Source: Escherichia phage LH2
Length of the DNA: 64,000 bases
Sequence record: OQ378934.1
Reading direction: 5' to 3' (one strand)
Positions 49,142 through 59,516 of the stretch are shown in pieces (positions within the stretch are counted from its first letter, which is position 1; every line of letters begins with the position of its first letter). Under the pieces are notes generated by a model. It had not been told where the DNA came from. It saw only the letters and a list, made by a program, of their open reading frames with translations, and made no database searches. The position numbers and the translations under genes are program-made.

Positions 49142-49719
49142 TTATAATACCCCGCTTTAACTCGCCCCTTTAAGGTACTATAATTTATATTAAGAGCTTT
49201 AGCTGCGATTTTAATACTTTTATATAAAACGCCGTTGATAATAATAGATTTAGCATTAGGGGCTATTTTGCCATACATTGGGTTATTGGCGCCGCACATC
49301 TTCGGAGTTTTACCTCTAGGCCCTCTAGGCCCTCTTTTTCTAGACGATTTAATGCTAATTTTCAATCTAGTTTCACGCGAATGAGATTTACCGTAAAATC
49401 CATTTTTAACACCCGCTGTGCTATGTTTTGGGAAGCCACCGATACCACCTAGTTTCATATTATAAGTTTTCTCAGATTTAACAAATTCCTCTGTGACTAT
49501 TTCTGCCTCTGCGTCATACATAGCTTTTTCAGATTCAAAGAATTTTATAATATGCTTATAAAAATTATCTATGCCATATTTTTTAATGGCATTTTTAATG
49601 GCAACGCCAGAACCCATATACCCATCATCCAAATTTGAAGTTTTATGGACACCTACATAAATTTTTCCCGTTGTTTTATTAGTTATTGAATACAAATAAA
49701 AATATTTATGGCCTCTCAT
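49129..49719 (-). CDS. GIY-YIG homing endonuclease, 196 aa
   Basis: [18 protein letters not shown] ... DDGYMGSG ... NMKLGGIGG; paralog of the segB-like and segE-like genes; NUMOD-like motif [13 protein letters not shown]. Confidence 0.75.
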
Positions 49720-50224
49720 ACACGTAGCTTCTCAATTTATTAGCCCAACGACTCCAATTTCCAACTATAGTTTTTGTGTAATTTTTAACAAGAGTTTTTC
49801 TTATTGGAGCTGGAGGATTCGTCGGTTCAGTAGTATCAGAAGATGACCTAGAATTACTGCCAGAACCTCCAGATTCGCTTTGTTCTTGGTAGTCATATAT
49901 TAATGTTACTTCGTAAGTGAATGTCTTCTGGAGGTTTTGAGGAGCTTTCCATAGATATAACTGAGTATTAGAATCAGTTGGAAGGTCTTCCCATGAAGCA
50001 GCGGTTTTAAATTCATTATCTAAACGATATTTCAACGCATCATTTCCAAATCCAAATACAGATTCATACGTTCCATATAAACGATTTTCTTCTACTAAAA
50101 CCCCAGGAGTTTCTTCGTAACTAGTTATATTTATAGATACTAACGTTTCACCTGTTTCTAATTGAGCGGTAAAGGTGACGTCGATAGAAGAACCTTCCAT
50201 GGATTCTCCTAAATCAGCGCTCAT
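49706..50224 (-). CDS. hypothetical protein, 172 aa from ATG
   Basis: ORF-track start at 50242 is TTG; acidic N-terminus and Ser-rich linker; sits between the two endonuclease genes. Confidence 0.45.
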   Translation of the reverse strand: MSADLGESMEGSSIDVTFTAQLETGETLVSINITSYEETPGVLVEENRLYGTYESVFGFGNDALKYRLDNEFKTAASWEDLPTDSNTQLYLWKAPQNLQKTFTYEVTLIYDYQEQSESGGSGSNSRSSSDTTEPTNPPAPIRKTLVKNYTKTIVGNWSRWANKLRSYVYERP

Positions 50225-50234
50225 TGGAAGTATA

Positions 50235-51101
50235 TTAGCCAATTGTTGAATTCTCTAATGATGTAAATTTATAATCACATTTTTTCAACGCTTTTAAAAT
50301 TGCGTTATAACTTACATCCGGGAGGTCGTGTTCAATTGCTTTTTCTCTAAACCATTTGTATTTCTGTGGATGTGGTTTTCCCAAATCCTCCCAAAGTTTT
50401 TTGACTTTTTCTATACTAATCCAAGGTTCAACTGATCTTAGTTTTTTATTTCTAGCATCTAATCTCGATTTTCTTATCAAAGGATCATTCCATGATTGTT
50501 TCGTTCCTTCTATTTTTCCTGGATGATTGATTAATTTGTTTCTATATTCATCGGATTTCCATAAAGATTTAACGGTATTAGAAATACGAATTTTTAATGT
50601 TGGATCATTTTCAAAAGCAGTTTTCATCGCATTACTCATTTTCTTTCTATATTCTGGCGATGCGCATCTTTCTTTGTTTATTTTAGATATTTTCTCTGAA
50701 AATTCTTTAGTTGACGTTGATTTAGCTAATGCCTTCAATTGAGCTTTCCTATATTCAGGATTAGACCACATTCTCTTCAAATCTTCGGATGAAAAACCAT
50801 CACCGCCGGATTTTATATTGGTACATAGAATATCAGATGATTTATATTTCGAAATCCAATATCTTTCTCTTGAATTGAGGATTTCATAAGTAGAAACAAA
50901 TTCAATTATTTCAAAATCTATTTTATAACCAGGTTTATTACGTATCTTTTTAATATAATCACCGGAACCTCTATACTTATCATTTTCTAAATCAAAATAT
51001 CTAGATTCATGTTTACCAATATAAACCCGTACTAATCCTTTCGGATTAGTAACGGTTGTTTTATATATGTATCTAAATTGAACAGTGTTAGATTTTTTCA
51101 T
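50235..51101 (-). CDS. GIY-YIG-type homing endonuclease with three NUMOD-like repeats, 288 aa
   Basis: RYIYKTT...VRVYIGKH...YRGSG... then repeats SNPEYRKAQ / ASPEYRKKM / KSDEYRNKL. Confidence 0.6.
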   Translation of the reverse strand: MKKSNTVQFRYIYKTTVTNPKGLVRVYIGKHESRYFDLENDKYRGSGDYIKKIRNKPGYKIDFEIIEFVSTYEILNSRERYWISKYKSSDILCTNIKSGGDGFSSEDLKRMWSNPEYRKAQLKALAKSTSTKEFSEKISKINKERCASPEYRKKMSNAMKTAFENDPTLKIRISNTVKSLWKSDEYRNKLINHPGKIEGTKQSWNDPLIRKSRLDARNKKLRSVEPWISIEKVKKLWEDLGKPHPQKYKWFREKAIEHDLPDVSYNAILKALKKCDYKFTSLENSTIG

Positions 51102-51119
51102 AATTCACCTCTGAATTAT

Positions 51120-52850
51120 TTATAAACCTACGTCTATACGGCTACCATCAATTGTGTATTGACCAGATGAAATAGAACTCATAGATGCCATTTTTTCTGT
51201 CCAATCACCACCAACGTCCCAATCAACTGTCCCAGCAACTTTCCAAGAAAGATTTCCATTTACTGTGTTAGTTTGATTTCCTTCAACTAAAGTGGTAGCA
51301 TCTCCTTTAACTGTAATGTCAGCATTACCTTCAACTACAATAGTAACATTACCTTTTACTAGGATAGTTCCATTACCTTCAACTGTCTTGGTTTCATCGC
51401 CACGCACAAATATTGTGTTGCTTCCATCTATTTGGTGAAGACGATTATCCATGTTGTAATAAATTTCTGATCCACCGACGTTAGTCTTTTTATCGCCGGC
51501 TACCAAAAAATTACCATCAGCATTTGTTATATCATACAAATTATCAACAGTTTTTCTTGTTCTTCTTCCTGATGGTGATACTTCCTCATACGTTCCAGTC
51601 GGATGAACTAATCTGTATCGCTCTTGCCCAGGGGTATCATCAAATTCCTGAATATGACCGCTTTCAGTTTCCATTGTGTGAACATACGGATACTCACCTT
51701 TATATGAAGAAACAGGTTCTTTGAATAAAATTCTCGAATCATTCGGAATAGGAGGGTCAGCCGGGTCAGAAGACTTTGCTACAGTAGCAGCCATTGCAGA
51801 CAAAGACCTAGCTGGTGTTTTCACTTCAATACCGTATGATTCCAAATTGCCTGTAAGAATAATCATGGTAACACGGGATGCACGGCCTTTTGTTTGTTGA
51901 TACCACAATGAATCACGACCGGCTTTATATGCTTTTTCCCAATCTCCGGCTAACATAGCAGTTAACATTGTGTTAAATTTAGCTACACCGCCAACACCCA
52001 TCTGAAATGCCATATTTTCTAATGCCATTTGACGAGAACGATTAACTGCTTTCCAAACTGGGCCAACTTTAGAATGTGATTTAATGTCACGTTGCATATC
52101 AGCTAAATCACGTTCAAATAAAGTTACCGCTTCTTCCATTGTAATAGAACCTGGATTTCCGGTAATTTCACGACCAACTTGTTTTGATAAAACTTTATTA
52201 ATTTGGGCCATATCACGAACTGGCTGCTTCATGATAAGATGACCAATACCAATTGTCGGATATCCTTCTGTATCCCAATAAACTTTTAGTCTTAATCCTT
52301 CATCACGGCGAAGCATTTCAGCCATTGACATATTTGGATTATCATCAGTTGGAATTTCTGATAATGGTCTATCATCAGGATTTATCGCAGTGTCTAGATT
52401 GCTATCTTGGATAATATTAGAAGACGAATCATATCCTACTTCTCCGCCTTGGTTTAATACGTTAGTATCATTTCCTAGACGTCTAGGATACTGCCCAGTT
52501 GGGTCAGAAAATCCTTCAAGTCTATTAGGTTTTTCGCGAACTATCCCACCATACGTGCCAAGGACAATTCCGTTAGTTTTCCATTTGTCTAAAAAATGAC
52601 CATAAACTCTAGTTCCTTCTACCGGACCAGTAACGGAGCCTCCAATTCCAGACATTGCTGCAGAAGTTATAGGTTGAATAACTGACATCCATGGTAATTT
52701 ATCAGTTGGAATACCCATTACGTCGCCTTGTGCTCTTTGAGGTGGATGCAGACCAACTACACGAACACGAACACGACCTAATTTTAATGGGTCCATTCTA
52801 TCTTCAACAACACCAACAAACCAATTAAGATTATTACTTATCATTTCCAT
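51120..52850 (-). CDS. 5: baseplate hub and tail lysozyme gp5
   Basis: 576 aa; central lysozyme domain (DEGLRLKVYWDTEGYPTIGIGHL) and C-terminal beta-helix repeats. Confidence 0.9.
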   Translation of the reverse strand: MEMISNNLNWFVGVVEDRMDPLKLGRVRVRVVGLHPPQRAQGDVMGIPTDKLPWMSVIQPITSAAMSGIGGSVTGPVEGTRVYGHFLDKWKTNGIVLGTYGGIVREKPNRLEGFSDPTGQYPRRLGNDTNVLNQGGEVGYDSSSNIIQDSNLDTAINPDDRPLSEIPTDDNPNMSMAEMLRRDEGLRLKVYWDTEGYPTIGIGHLIMKQPVRDMAQINKVLSKQVGREITGNPGSITMEEAVTLFERDLADMQRDIKSHSKVGPVWKAVNRSRQMALENMAFQMGVGGVAKFNTMLTAMLAGDWEKAYKAGRDSLWYQQTKGRASRVTMIILTGNLESYGIEVKTPARSLSAMAATVAKSSDPADPPIPNDSRILFKEPVSSYKGEYPYVHTMETESGHIQEFDDTPGQERYRLVHPTGTYEEVSPSGRRTRKTVDNLYDITNADGNFLVAGDKKTNVGGSEIYYNMDNRLHQIDGSNTIFVRGDETKTVEGNGTILVKGNVTIVVEGNADITVKGDATTLVEGNQTNTVNGNLSWKVAGTVDWDVGGDWTEKMASMSSISSGQYTIDGSRIDVGL

Positions 52851-53424
52851 AAGATTTCTCCATTATACGTATAAGGTCGTTCATAAATGAATTGATGTCT
52901 GATTTTGCTATTATTTTTATTTGACGAAGTTTTTCATTTTCAAGAACAGCAGCTTCATACGTATCGACCGCAGCAAGTGCTCCTTCATATTGAGGATATT
53001 TTCTAGCTTTATCACCTTTGTCATACCAAACATATGGATTATCATCGTATGATATTAAATTATAAAATTTTTCACCGTTCTCATTCACATGATATACTAT
53101 TTGGTCTCCACCTACATTTTTGTATTTTTGTATAGATGCTTGATAAGCAGCTTCTTGTGAAGTAATCCATCCATAATACGGGTCATAATTATCATTACAC
53201 ATCAATAAAACCCAATACAGCTGTGGATTTCCATATATAGCATTTGCTAATTCTTCCGGGCGTGGTGAACCTTTAATATAATAAGTACGTAAGCGGTATC
53301 CCGCAAGAGCGCGTTTAAAATAGTCTTTATAGTTTCTAAAAATATCTGTCATAGGAATAGTCGGCGCGTTTTTATTCACTGTTTTGGCCGCATATTCAAT
53401 CGGATCAAAAAATGTAAAGAGCAT
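52834..53424 (-). CDS. 53: baseplate wedge protein gp53
   Basis: 196 aa as in T4. Confidence 0.85.
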   Translation of the reverse strand: MLFTFFDPIEYAAKTVNKNAPTIPMTDIFRNYKDYFKRALAGYRLRTYYIKGSPRPEELANAIYGNPQLYWVLLMCNDNYDPYYGWITSQEAAYQASIQKYKNVGGDQIVYHVNENGEKFYNLISYDDNPYVWYDKGDKARKYPQYEGALAAVDTYEAAVLENEKLRQIKIIAKSDINSFMNDLIRIMEKSYGNDK

Positions 53425-53437
53425 GGGCCCTCCTGTT

Positions 53438-53445
53438 TATAAATA
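53438..53445 (+). promoter_or_regulatory. late promoter TATAAATA for gene 4
   Basis: 27 nt upstream of the gene 4 ATG. Confidence 0.5.
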
Positions 53446-53452
53446 TATTATC

Positions 53453-53460
53453 TATTTATA
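53453..53460 (-). promoter_or_regulatory. late promoter for gene 53 (divergent)
   Basis: TATTTATA on plus strand, 29 nt upstream of the gene 53 ATG. Confidence 0.5.
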
Positions 53461-53471
53461 AGGAGAATCCA

Positions 53472-53924
53472 ATGGCATATTCTGGAAAATGGGTTCCTAA
53501 AAATATATCAAAATATAGAGGTGACCCTAAAAAAATTACGTATAGATCAAATTGGGAAAAATTCTTTTTTGAATGGTTAGATAAAAATCCAGAAATTATT
53601 GCATGGGGTAGTGAAACAGCAGTAATTCCTTATTTTTGTAATGCAGAAGGGAAAAAACGTAGATACTTCATGGATATTTGGATGAAAGATTCTTCTGGAC
53701 AAGAATTTTTTATTGAAATAAAACCTAAAAAAGAAACACAACCACCAGTTAAACCAGCACATCTAACGACCGCAGCGAAGAAAAGATTTATGAATGAAAT
53801 TTATACATATTCTGTTAATACTGACAAATGGAAAGCAGCGCAATCTTTAGCTGAAAAGCGTGGAATAAAATTTAGAATTCTAACAGAAGATGGATTACGA
53901 GCTCTTGGCTTTAAGGGGGCATAA
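53472..53924 (+). CDS. 4: head completion protein gp4
   Basis: 150 aa as in T4. Confidence 0.85.
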   Translation: MAYSGKWVPKNISKYRGDPKKITYRSNWEKFFFEWLDKNPEIIAWGSETAVIPYFCNAEGKKRRYFMDIWMKDSSGQEFFIEIKPKKETQPPVKPAHLTTAAKKRFMNEIYTYSVNTDKWKAAQSLAEKRGIKFRILTEDGLRALGFKGA

Positions 53925-54748
53925 TGGCTATTTTTCAAATAATTAATGAAAGCACTCCCCAAGTTCCAAAGGTTAAGCAATCATTAAACGAAAAGAAATG
54001 GATTCAGATAGGTCTTGAATATAAAAAGGCCAAAGCAAAAGGAATGACAGGAAAGCAATTTGCTGAAGAAAGAGGAATTAAATACTCTACGTTTACTTCA
54101 GCAATGTCAAAATATGCTTCAGGAATTAAAACAGCTGAAAAGATTCAAAAGCTTGAATCAAAACCAATGAATAAACTCAATAAGCAAGAAAGACAACTGC
54201 TTATGATAAATTCATTCAGACAAACATTGCGCGATAAAATTCGTAATGAAGGTGCAGCAATTAATAATAAAACCAGAAAGTGGTTTGCTGAAACTATTAA
54301 GCAGGTAAAAGGACATAAAGTTGTTCGCCCGCAGCCGGGACGAATATATGCTTTTGCTTATGATGCTAAACACAAAGAAACTCTTCCTTATTGGGATAAA
54401 TTTCCTTTGATAATTTACCTCGGTTTAGGTAAACATAATTTAATGTACGGATTGAACTTGCACTATATTCCACCTAAAGCTCGTCAGCAATTTCTAGAAG
54501 AGCTTTTAAAGCAATATTCGAATACACCTACTATTACTAATAAAACGAAATTAAAAATTGATTGGAGTCAAGTGAAAGGATTTAGGGGTGCAGACCAAAT
54601 GATTAAGGCATATATACCCGGTAATATTATGGGTAACCTTGTTGAAATCGCCCCGAAAGACTGGGCGAACGTTGTATTAATGCCACTCCAAAGCTTTTAC
54701 TCCAAAGGAAAACGTTTCTCTGCAAACAAAGTTTGGTCAAATATCTAA
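53924..54748 (+). CDS. 2: DNA end-protector protein gp2
   Basis: 274 aa as in T4. Confidence 0.85.
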   Translation: MAIFQIINESTPQVPKVKQSLNEKKWIQIGLEYKKAKAKGMTGKQFAEERGIKYSTFTSAMSKYASGIKTAEKIQKLESKPMNKLNKQERQLLMINSFRQTLRDKIRNEGAAINNKTRKWFAETIKQVKGHKVVRPQPGRIYAFAYDAKHKETLPYWDKFPLIIYLGLGKHNLMYGLNLHYIPPKARQQFLEELLKQYSNTPTITNKTKLKIDWSQVKGFRGADQMIKAYIPGNIMGNLVEIAPKDWANVVLMPLQSFYSKGKRFSANKVWSNI

Positions 54749-54854
54749 TTCTATTATCTTCCATTCTTTTCTATTGTTTGTTCTAATTGGAATTGAATGG
54801 AAGGGACTTAGACCCATTATACCATCAACATTTATGAAGCATTATGAGGAATAT

Positions 54855-55385
54855 ATGTCGCAAGCACTACAACAAATTTTTAACCAAGCAAATACAACTA
54901 ACTTTGTAGTATCAATACCACATAGTAATACTACATCTGCTTTTACTTTAAATGCTCAGTCAGTTCCTATTCCGGGAATTAGGATACCTGTTACTGATAC
55001 CGTGACTGGGCCGTTTGGACTAGGCCGAGCACAGCGTCCAGGAGTTACATTTGAGTACGACCCACTCATCGTGAGATTTATAGTTGATGAAGAGCTTAAG
55101 TCGTGGATAGGAATGTATGAATGGATGCTAGGAACTAGTAACTATCTTACAGGCGAAAATACTGCCCAAAAAACAGGTCCTGAATACATTACGCTTTACA
55201 TTTTAGACAACAGTAAAACTGAAATCGTGATGTCAATAAATTTTTATAAGCCTTGGGTTTCTGACCTGTCTGAAGTAGAATTTAGCTACACGGAAGATTC
55301 AGACCCAGCTTTAGTATGTACAGCAACGATTCCTTATACGTATTTTCAAGTAGAAAAAGATGGTAAAATTATAGCAGAAGTTTAA
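54855..55385 (+). CDS. 3: tail completion/sheath stabiliser gp3
   Basis: 176 aa from ATG 54855; ORF-track start at 54774 is TTG. Confidence 0.75.
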   Translation: MSQALQQIFNQANTTNFVVSIPHSNTTSAFTLNAQSVPIPGIRIPVTDTVTGPFGLGRAQRPGVTFEYDPLIVRFIVDEELKSWIGMYEWMLGTSNYLTGENTAQKTGPEYITLYILDNSKTEIVMSINFYKPWVSDLSEVEFSYTEDSDPALVCTATIPYTYFQVEKDGKIIAEV

Positions 55386-55409
55386 TGCTTCAGTTTCATG
55401 TGTTATAAT
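55386..55409 (+). promoter_or_regulatory. MotA-dependent middle promoter for gene 1
   Basis: TGCTTCA box, 11-nt spacer, TATAAT. Confidence 0.5.
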
Positions 55410-55434
55410 CTTAACTAAATTTGAGGAGAAACAT

Positions 55435-56147
55435 ATGAAACTAATCTTTTTAAGTGGTGTAAAGCGTAGTGGAAAAGATACTACTGCAGATTTTATCATG
55501 AATAATTATTCTGCAGTTAAATATCAACTTGCTGGTCCTATTAAAGATGCATTGGCTTATGCATGGGGCGTATTCGCAGCAAACACTGACTATCCTTGCT
55601 TAACTCGTAAGGAGTTTGAAGGAATTGACTATGATCGTGAGACTGATTTAAATCTGACTAAATCAGAAGTAATCACGATTATGGAACAAGCATTTTGCTA
55701 TCTTAACGGTAAAAGCCCAATTAAAGGTGTGTGTGTTTTTGATGACGCAGTTAATTTCGTAGCATTTAATAAGATTATTGACGTTATAAATAATATTGAA
55801 GATCAATGGTCAGTCCGTCGTCTGATGCAAGCCCTAGGTACGGATTTGATTGTTAATAACTTCGACCGCATGTATTGGGTAAAATTATTTGCTTTAGATT
55901 ATCTTGATAAATTTAACTCAGGTTATGATTATTATATCGTTCCTGATACTCGTCAAGATCATGAAATGGATGCGGCTAGGGCGATGGGTGCTACAGTAAT
56001 TCATGTAGTTCGTCCTGGTCAAAAATCCAATGATACACATATTACAGAAGCTGGATTGCCAATTCGTGATGGCGATTTAGTAATTACAAACGATGGTTCT
56101 CTTGAAGAACTTTTTTCTAAAATTAAAAATACACTAAAGGTACTATA

Positions 56148-56148
<1 letters not shown>
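55435..56148 (+). CDS. 1: deoxynucleoside monophosphate kinase gp1
   Basis: 237 aa; P-loop GVKRSGKDT. Confidence 0.85.
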
Positions 56149-56845
<697 letters not shown>

Positions 56846-56857
56846 TTTCACAAAGTT

Positions 56858-56894
56858 GTTTACACGTTGATGAGGTAGTGATACTATTACCTCA
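56858..56894 (+). promoter_or_regulatory. early promoter (GTTTACA, 17 nt, TACTAT) with embedded stem-loop
   Basis: Stem TGAGGTA/TACCTCA around loop GTGATACTAT; same loop as the module at 57191. Confidence 0.5.
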
Positions 56895-56917
56895 TCAAAA
56901 TTAATTAGGAAAATAAA

Positions 56918-57190
56918 ATGAAAACTTTCAAAGAATTTATCGTTGAATCTGCTCTTAATGAAGAAGTAAAAATTAGCAAAGCTGTCAAGACTATGATTGC
57001 TGACATCAATTACCTATATGGTATTGATTTAACTGACTATGTAACAGTTGGTAACAAACGTAACTATTTCGTGTTTGACATCTCTGAACTTGACCAGAAT
57101 CAAATTAACAACATTGAGCGTTTTGCTAATGATAAGGGTCTTCGACACGAGCCTGGTGGCTATAAAAAATACGCAATTTATTTAAAATGA
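56918..57190 (+). CDS. internal-protein-like protein with capsid-targeting-sequence-like N-terminus, 90 aa
   Basis: N-terminus MKTFKEFIVESA resembles the T4 internal-protein targeting sequence (MKTYQEFIAEA, from memory); lies in the ipI-equivalent locus. Confidence 0.55.
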   Translation: MKTFKEFIVESALNEEVKISKAVKTMIADINYLYGIDLTDYVTVGNKRNYFVFDISELDQNQINNIERFANDKGLRHEPGGYKKYAIYLK

Positions 57191-57229
57191 GTTTACTTTT
57201 AGATAGGGTAGTGATACTATTACCCTATC
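57191..57229 (+). promoter_or_regulatory. early promoter (GTTTACT, 17 nt, TACTAT) with embedded stem-loop
   Basis: Stem GATAGGGTA/TACCCTATC around the same loop GTGATACTAT. Confidence 0.5.
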
Positions 57230-57248
57230 AACTACAGAGGAGAATAAA

Positions 57249-57431
57249 ATGAAACGTTGTGAATTAATTCGAAATGTTGCTATTGCAATTTCTGCTTCCG
57301 CTTTTAGTTTTTCAATGTTTGTTGGATTTATATGCGGATTATTAACTACAGCAGAAAATGTGTTTTCACTTGTAGTAGCATTTTTAATTGGTTTAATCGC
57401 TATCGTTATGGATAAAATTTCTAAAGGTTAA
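57249..57431 (+). CDS. small hydrophobic (membrane) protein, 60 aa
   Basis: ATG ORF with GAGGAG Shine-Dalgarno; two hydrophobic segments. Confidence 0.45.
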   Translation: MKRCELIRNVAIAISASAFSFSMFVGFICGLLTTAENVFSLVVAFLIGLIAIVMDKISKG

Positions 57432-57433
57432 TA

Positions 57434-57721
57434 ATGATTCTTTATGCGAAAGTATCATCCATTGAAAATGGATATAAATATGATCAAGATGCGGCTAAAG
57501 CCTTGATTGATGATTATGGCATTTTAACGTGTTTTGAAGTTGAAAAGGTTTACATTGACCGCTCATCTTCTCAGGTTAAATTAGTGAATGAAGACCGTAA
57601 ATTTAATACAGTAAATTTTGATTTCTTTATTGAAACAGAAAAAGGTCCTCTTGAATATGATATTTTCAAGAATCCTTTGGGTCTTGAATGCATCGTAAAT
57701 ATGTATTATCATAAATGGTAA
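57434..57721 (+). CDS. hypothetical protein, 95 aa
   Basis: ATG ORF; stop codon abuts the tRNA middle promoter. Confidence 0.5.
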   Translation: MILYAKVSSIENGYKYDQDAAKALIDDYGILTCFEVEKVYIDRSSSQVKLVNEDRKFNTVNFDFFIETEKGPLEYDIFKNPLGLECIVNMYYHKW

Positions 57722-57724
57722 ATA

Positions 57725-57749
57725 TGCTTTAAGAATTATTTGTTATTAT
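57725..57749 (+). promoter_or_regulatory. MotA-dependent middle promoter for the tRNA cluster
   Basis: TGCTTTA, 12 nt, TATTAT; 29 nt identical to the gene 31 promoter at 391. Confidence 0.55.
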
Positions 57750-57818
57750 TAACTCATATCTCACTGATTAATACCCTCTATCATCAAGGGTTCTTGCTTG
57801 AGAGCCTTTGTTAATAAT

Positions 57819-57891
57819 TGGGAATTAGCCAAGTTGGTAAGGCATAGCACTTTGACTGCTAGATGCAAAGGTTCGAGTCCTTTATTCCCAG
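57819..57891 (+). tRNA. tRNA-Gln (anticodon UUG)
   Basis: Cloverleaf folded by hand: acceptor TGGGAAT/ATTCCCA, anticodon loop CTTTGAC, T-arm AAAGG-TTCGAGT-CCTTT. Confidence 0.85.
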
Positions 57892-57892
57892 C

Positions 57893-57979
57893 GCGAGAAT
57901 GGTCAAATTGGTAAAGGCACAGCACTTAAAATGCTGCGGAATGATTTCCTTGTGGGTTCGAGTCCCACTTCTCGTACCA
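57893..57979 (+). tRNA. tRNA-Leu (anticodon UAA), type II, CCA encoded
   Basis: Acceptor GCGAGAA/TTCTCGT, anticodon loop CTTAAAA, long variable arm, T-arm GGGTTCGAGTCCC. Confidence 0.85.
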
Positions 57980-57985
57980 AAGTTT

Positions 57986-58057
<72 letters not shown>

Positions 58058-58069
58058 AAATTTAATTTA

Positions 58070-58143
58070 CTCCGTGTAGCTCAGTTTGGTAGAGCGTCTG
58101 CTTTGGGAGCAGAATGTCGTAGGTTCAAATCCTGCCACGGAGA
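58070..58143 (+). tRNA. tRNA-Pro (anticodon UGG)
   Basis: Acceptor CTCCGTG/CACGGAG, anticodon loop TTTGGGA, T-loop TTCAAAT. Confidence 0.85.
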
Positions 58144-58145
58144 CT

Positions 58146-58232
58146 GGAGGCGTGGCAGAGTGGTTTAATGCACCGGTCTTGAAAACCGGCAGTCGCTCCG
58201 GCGACTCATAGGTTCAAATCCTATCGCCTCCG
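58146..58232 (+). tRNA. tRNA-Ser (anticodon UGA), type II
   Basis: Acceptor GGAGGCG/CGCCTCC, anticodon loop CTTGAAA, long variable arm. Confidence 0.85.
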
Positions 58233-58239
58233 TAATTTC

Positions 58240-58312
58240 GCTGATTTAGCTCAGTAGGTAGAGCACCTCACTTGTAATGAGGATGTCGGCGGTTCGATTC
58301 CGTCAATCAGCA
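58240..58312 (+). tRNA. tRNA-Thr (anticodon UGU)
   Basis: Acceptor GCTGATT/AATCAGC, anticodon loop CTTGTAA. Confidence 0.85.
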
Positions 58313-58318
58313 TATCAA

Positions 58319-58390
58319 GGCCCTGTAGCTGGAAGGTTCAAGCAAGCGACTCATAATCGCCAGATGGTGGTTCAATTCCACCCAGGGCCA
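58319..58390 (+). tRNA. tRNA-Ile (anticodon CAU, presumably lysidine-modified)
   Basis: Acceptor GGCCCTG/CAGGGCC, anticodon loop CTCATAA; T4 carries an Ile tRNA of this type. Confidence 0.75.
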
Positions 58391-58431
58391 TATTTTGGGA
58401 ACATAAATATTCTTAGAAATAGGAGATATTT

Positions 58432-59097
58432 ATGTTCCATTACATTTATAAAATAACAAATAAAATTAATAATAAAATCTATATAGGCGCTCATTCTACC
58501 GAAAATTTAGATGATGGATATATGGGTTCTGGTAAATTATTAAAAAGAGCCCAAGACAAGTATGGTATAGAAAATTTTTCTAAAGAAATATTAGAGTATT
58601 TTGATGATAAAGAATCTATGCTTGAGTCAGAAAAGAATATTGTGACTGAAGAGTTTTTAAAGCGCCCTGATGTTTATAATTTGAAATTAGGTGGTGAAGG
58701 TGGTTGGGACCATTTAAACACTAAAGAATATTTGGATAAAAAGAAAGAAGCTTCCTTAAAAGGGGCTGCTGCTTTTAAAACCAGATTTGAGAACGACCCA
58801 GACCTTAAAGAAAAATATCGTAAAATGGGTTCAGAAAGGTTTAAACAGCTTTGGGATAATCCTAAGTATAGAGAGAAATTTTTAAATATTAAATCTTTCT
58901 TGGGTAAGACCCATACTCCTGAAACTATTAATAAAATGAAAGAATCTCACGCCAGAAATAAACACCAACAGGGCGAAAAGAATTCCCAATTTGGTATGAT
59001 GTGGATTCATTCATTAGATGAAAAAGTTTCTAAACGTATTAAGAAAACTGACCCAATTCCAGAAGGATGGTTTAAAGGTCGAAAAATGAAATTTTAA
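58432..59097 (+). CDS. segB: GIY-YIG homing endonuclease inside the tRNA cluster (SegB-like)
   Basis: 221 aa; YIYKITNKINNKIYIGAHS ... DDGYMGSG ... NLKLGGEGG; sits between tRNA-Ile and tRNA-Arg as segB does in T4. Confidence 0.8.
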   Translation: MFHYIYKITNKINNKIYIGAHSTENLDDGYMGSGKLLKRAQDKYGIENFSKEILEYFDDKESMLESEKNIVTEEFLKRPDVYNLKLGGEGGWDHLNTKEYLDKKKEASLKGAAAFKTRFENDPDLKEKYRKMGSERFKQLWDNPKYREKFLNIKSFLGKTHTPETINKMKESHARNKHQQGEKNSQFGMMWIHSLDEKVSKRIKKTDPIPEGWFKGRKMKF

Positions 59098-59100
59098 TTA

Positions 59101-59177
<77 letters not shown>

Positions 59178-59179
59178 AA

Positions 59180-59487
59180 CAAGAAACCGGGTCGCTACCG
59201 GTAAGTCGTCGGACTGATGTTCCCTGGAGTATAGTTTCTCCCACAGTTTTACTGTGTTCTGATTCTTTACTATCACAACAGAAACGGCGCACCGAATTAT
59301 CGATTCGAGGAAATATCTTTGCCGTAAGCCGAGTAGCGTTTTTGACGGAACGTTCGGATATGGTCGAGATATGGCCTTTTAAAAATATTGAGTAGCGTCA
59401 ACTGCTTAATAACCGGGTTCAAATCCCGGCGTTTCGTACAAACACTTGCCTTAGCAGGTGGAACCCCGACAAGATTGCCGCAAGGCT
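59180..59487 (+). ncRNA. stable-RNA region (T4 rnaC/rnaD-like), boundaries not resolved
   Basis: About 300 nt ORF-free and GC-rich, directly after tRNA-Arg, ending at a terminator; contains a tRNA-like T-arm CCGGGTTCAAATCCCGG. Confidence 0.4.
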
Positions 59488-59488
59488 T

Positions 59489-59516
59489 AGCCCCACCCGA
59501 AAGGTTGGGGCTTTTT
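59489..59516 (+). terminator. rho-independent terminator, copy 1 of a duplicated terminator
   Basis: Hairpin AGCCCCACCCGAAAGGTTGGGGCT plus TTTTT. Confidence 0.7.
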
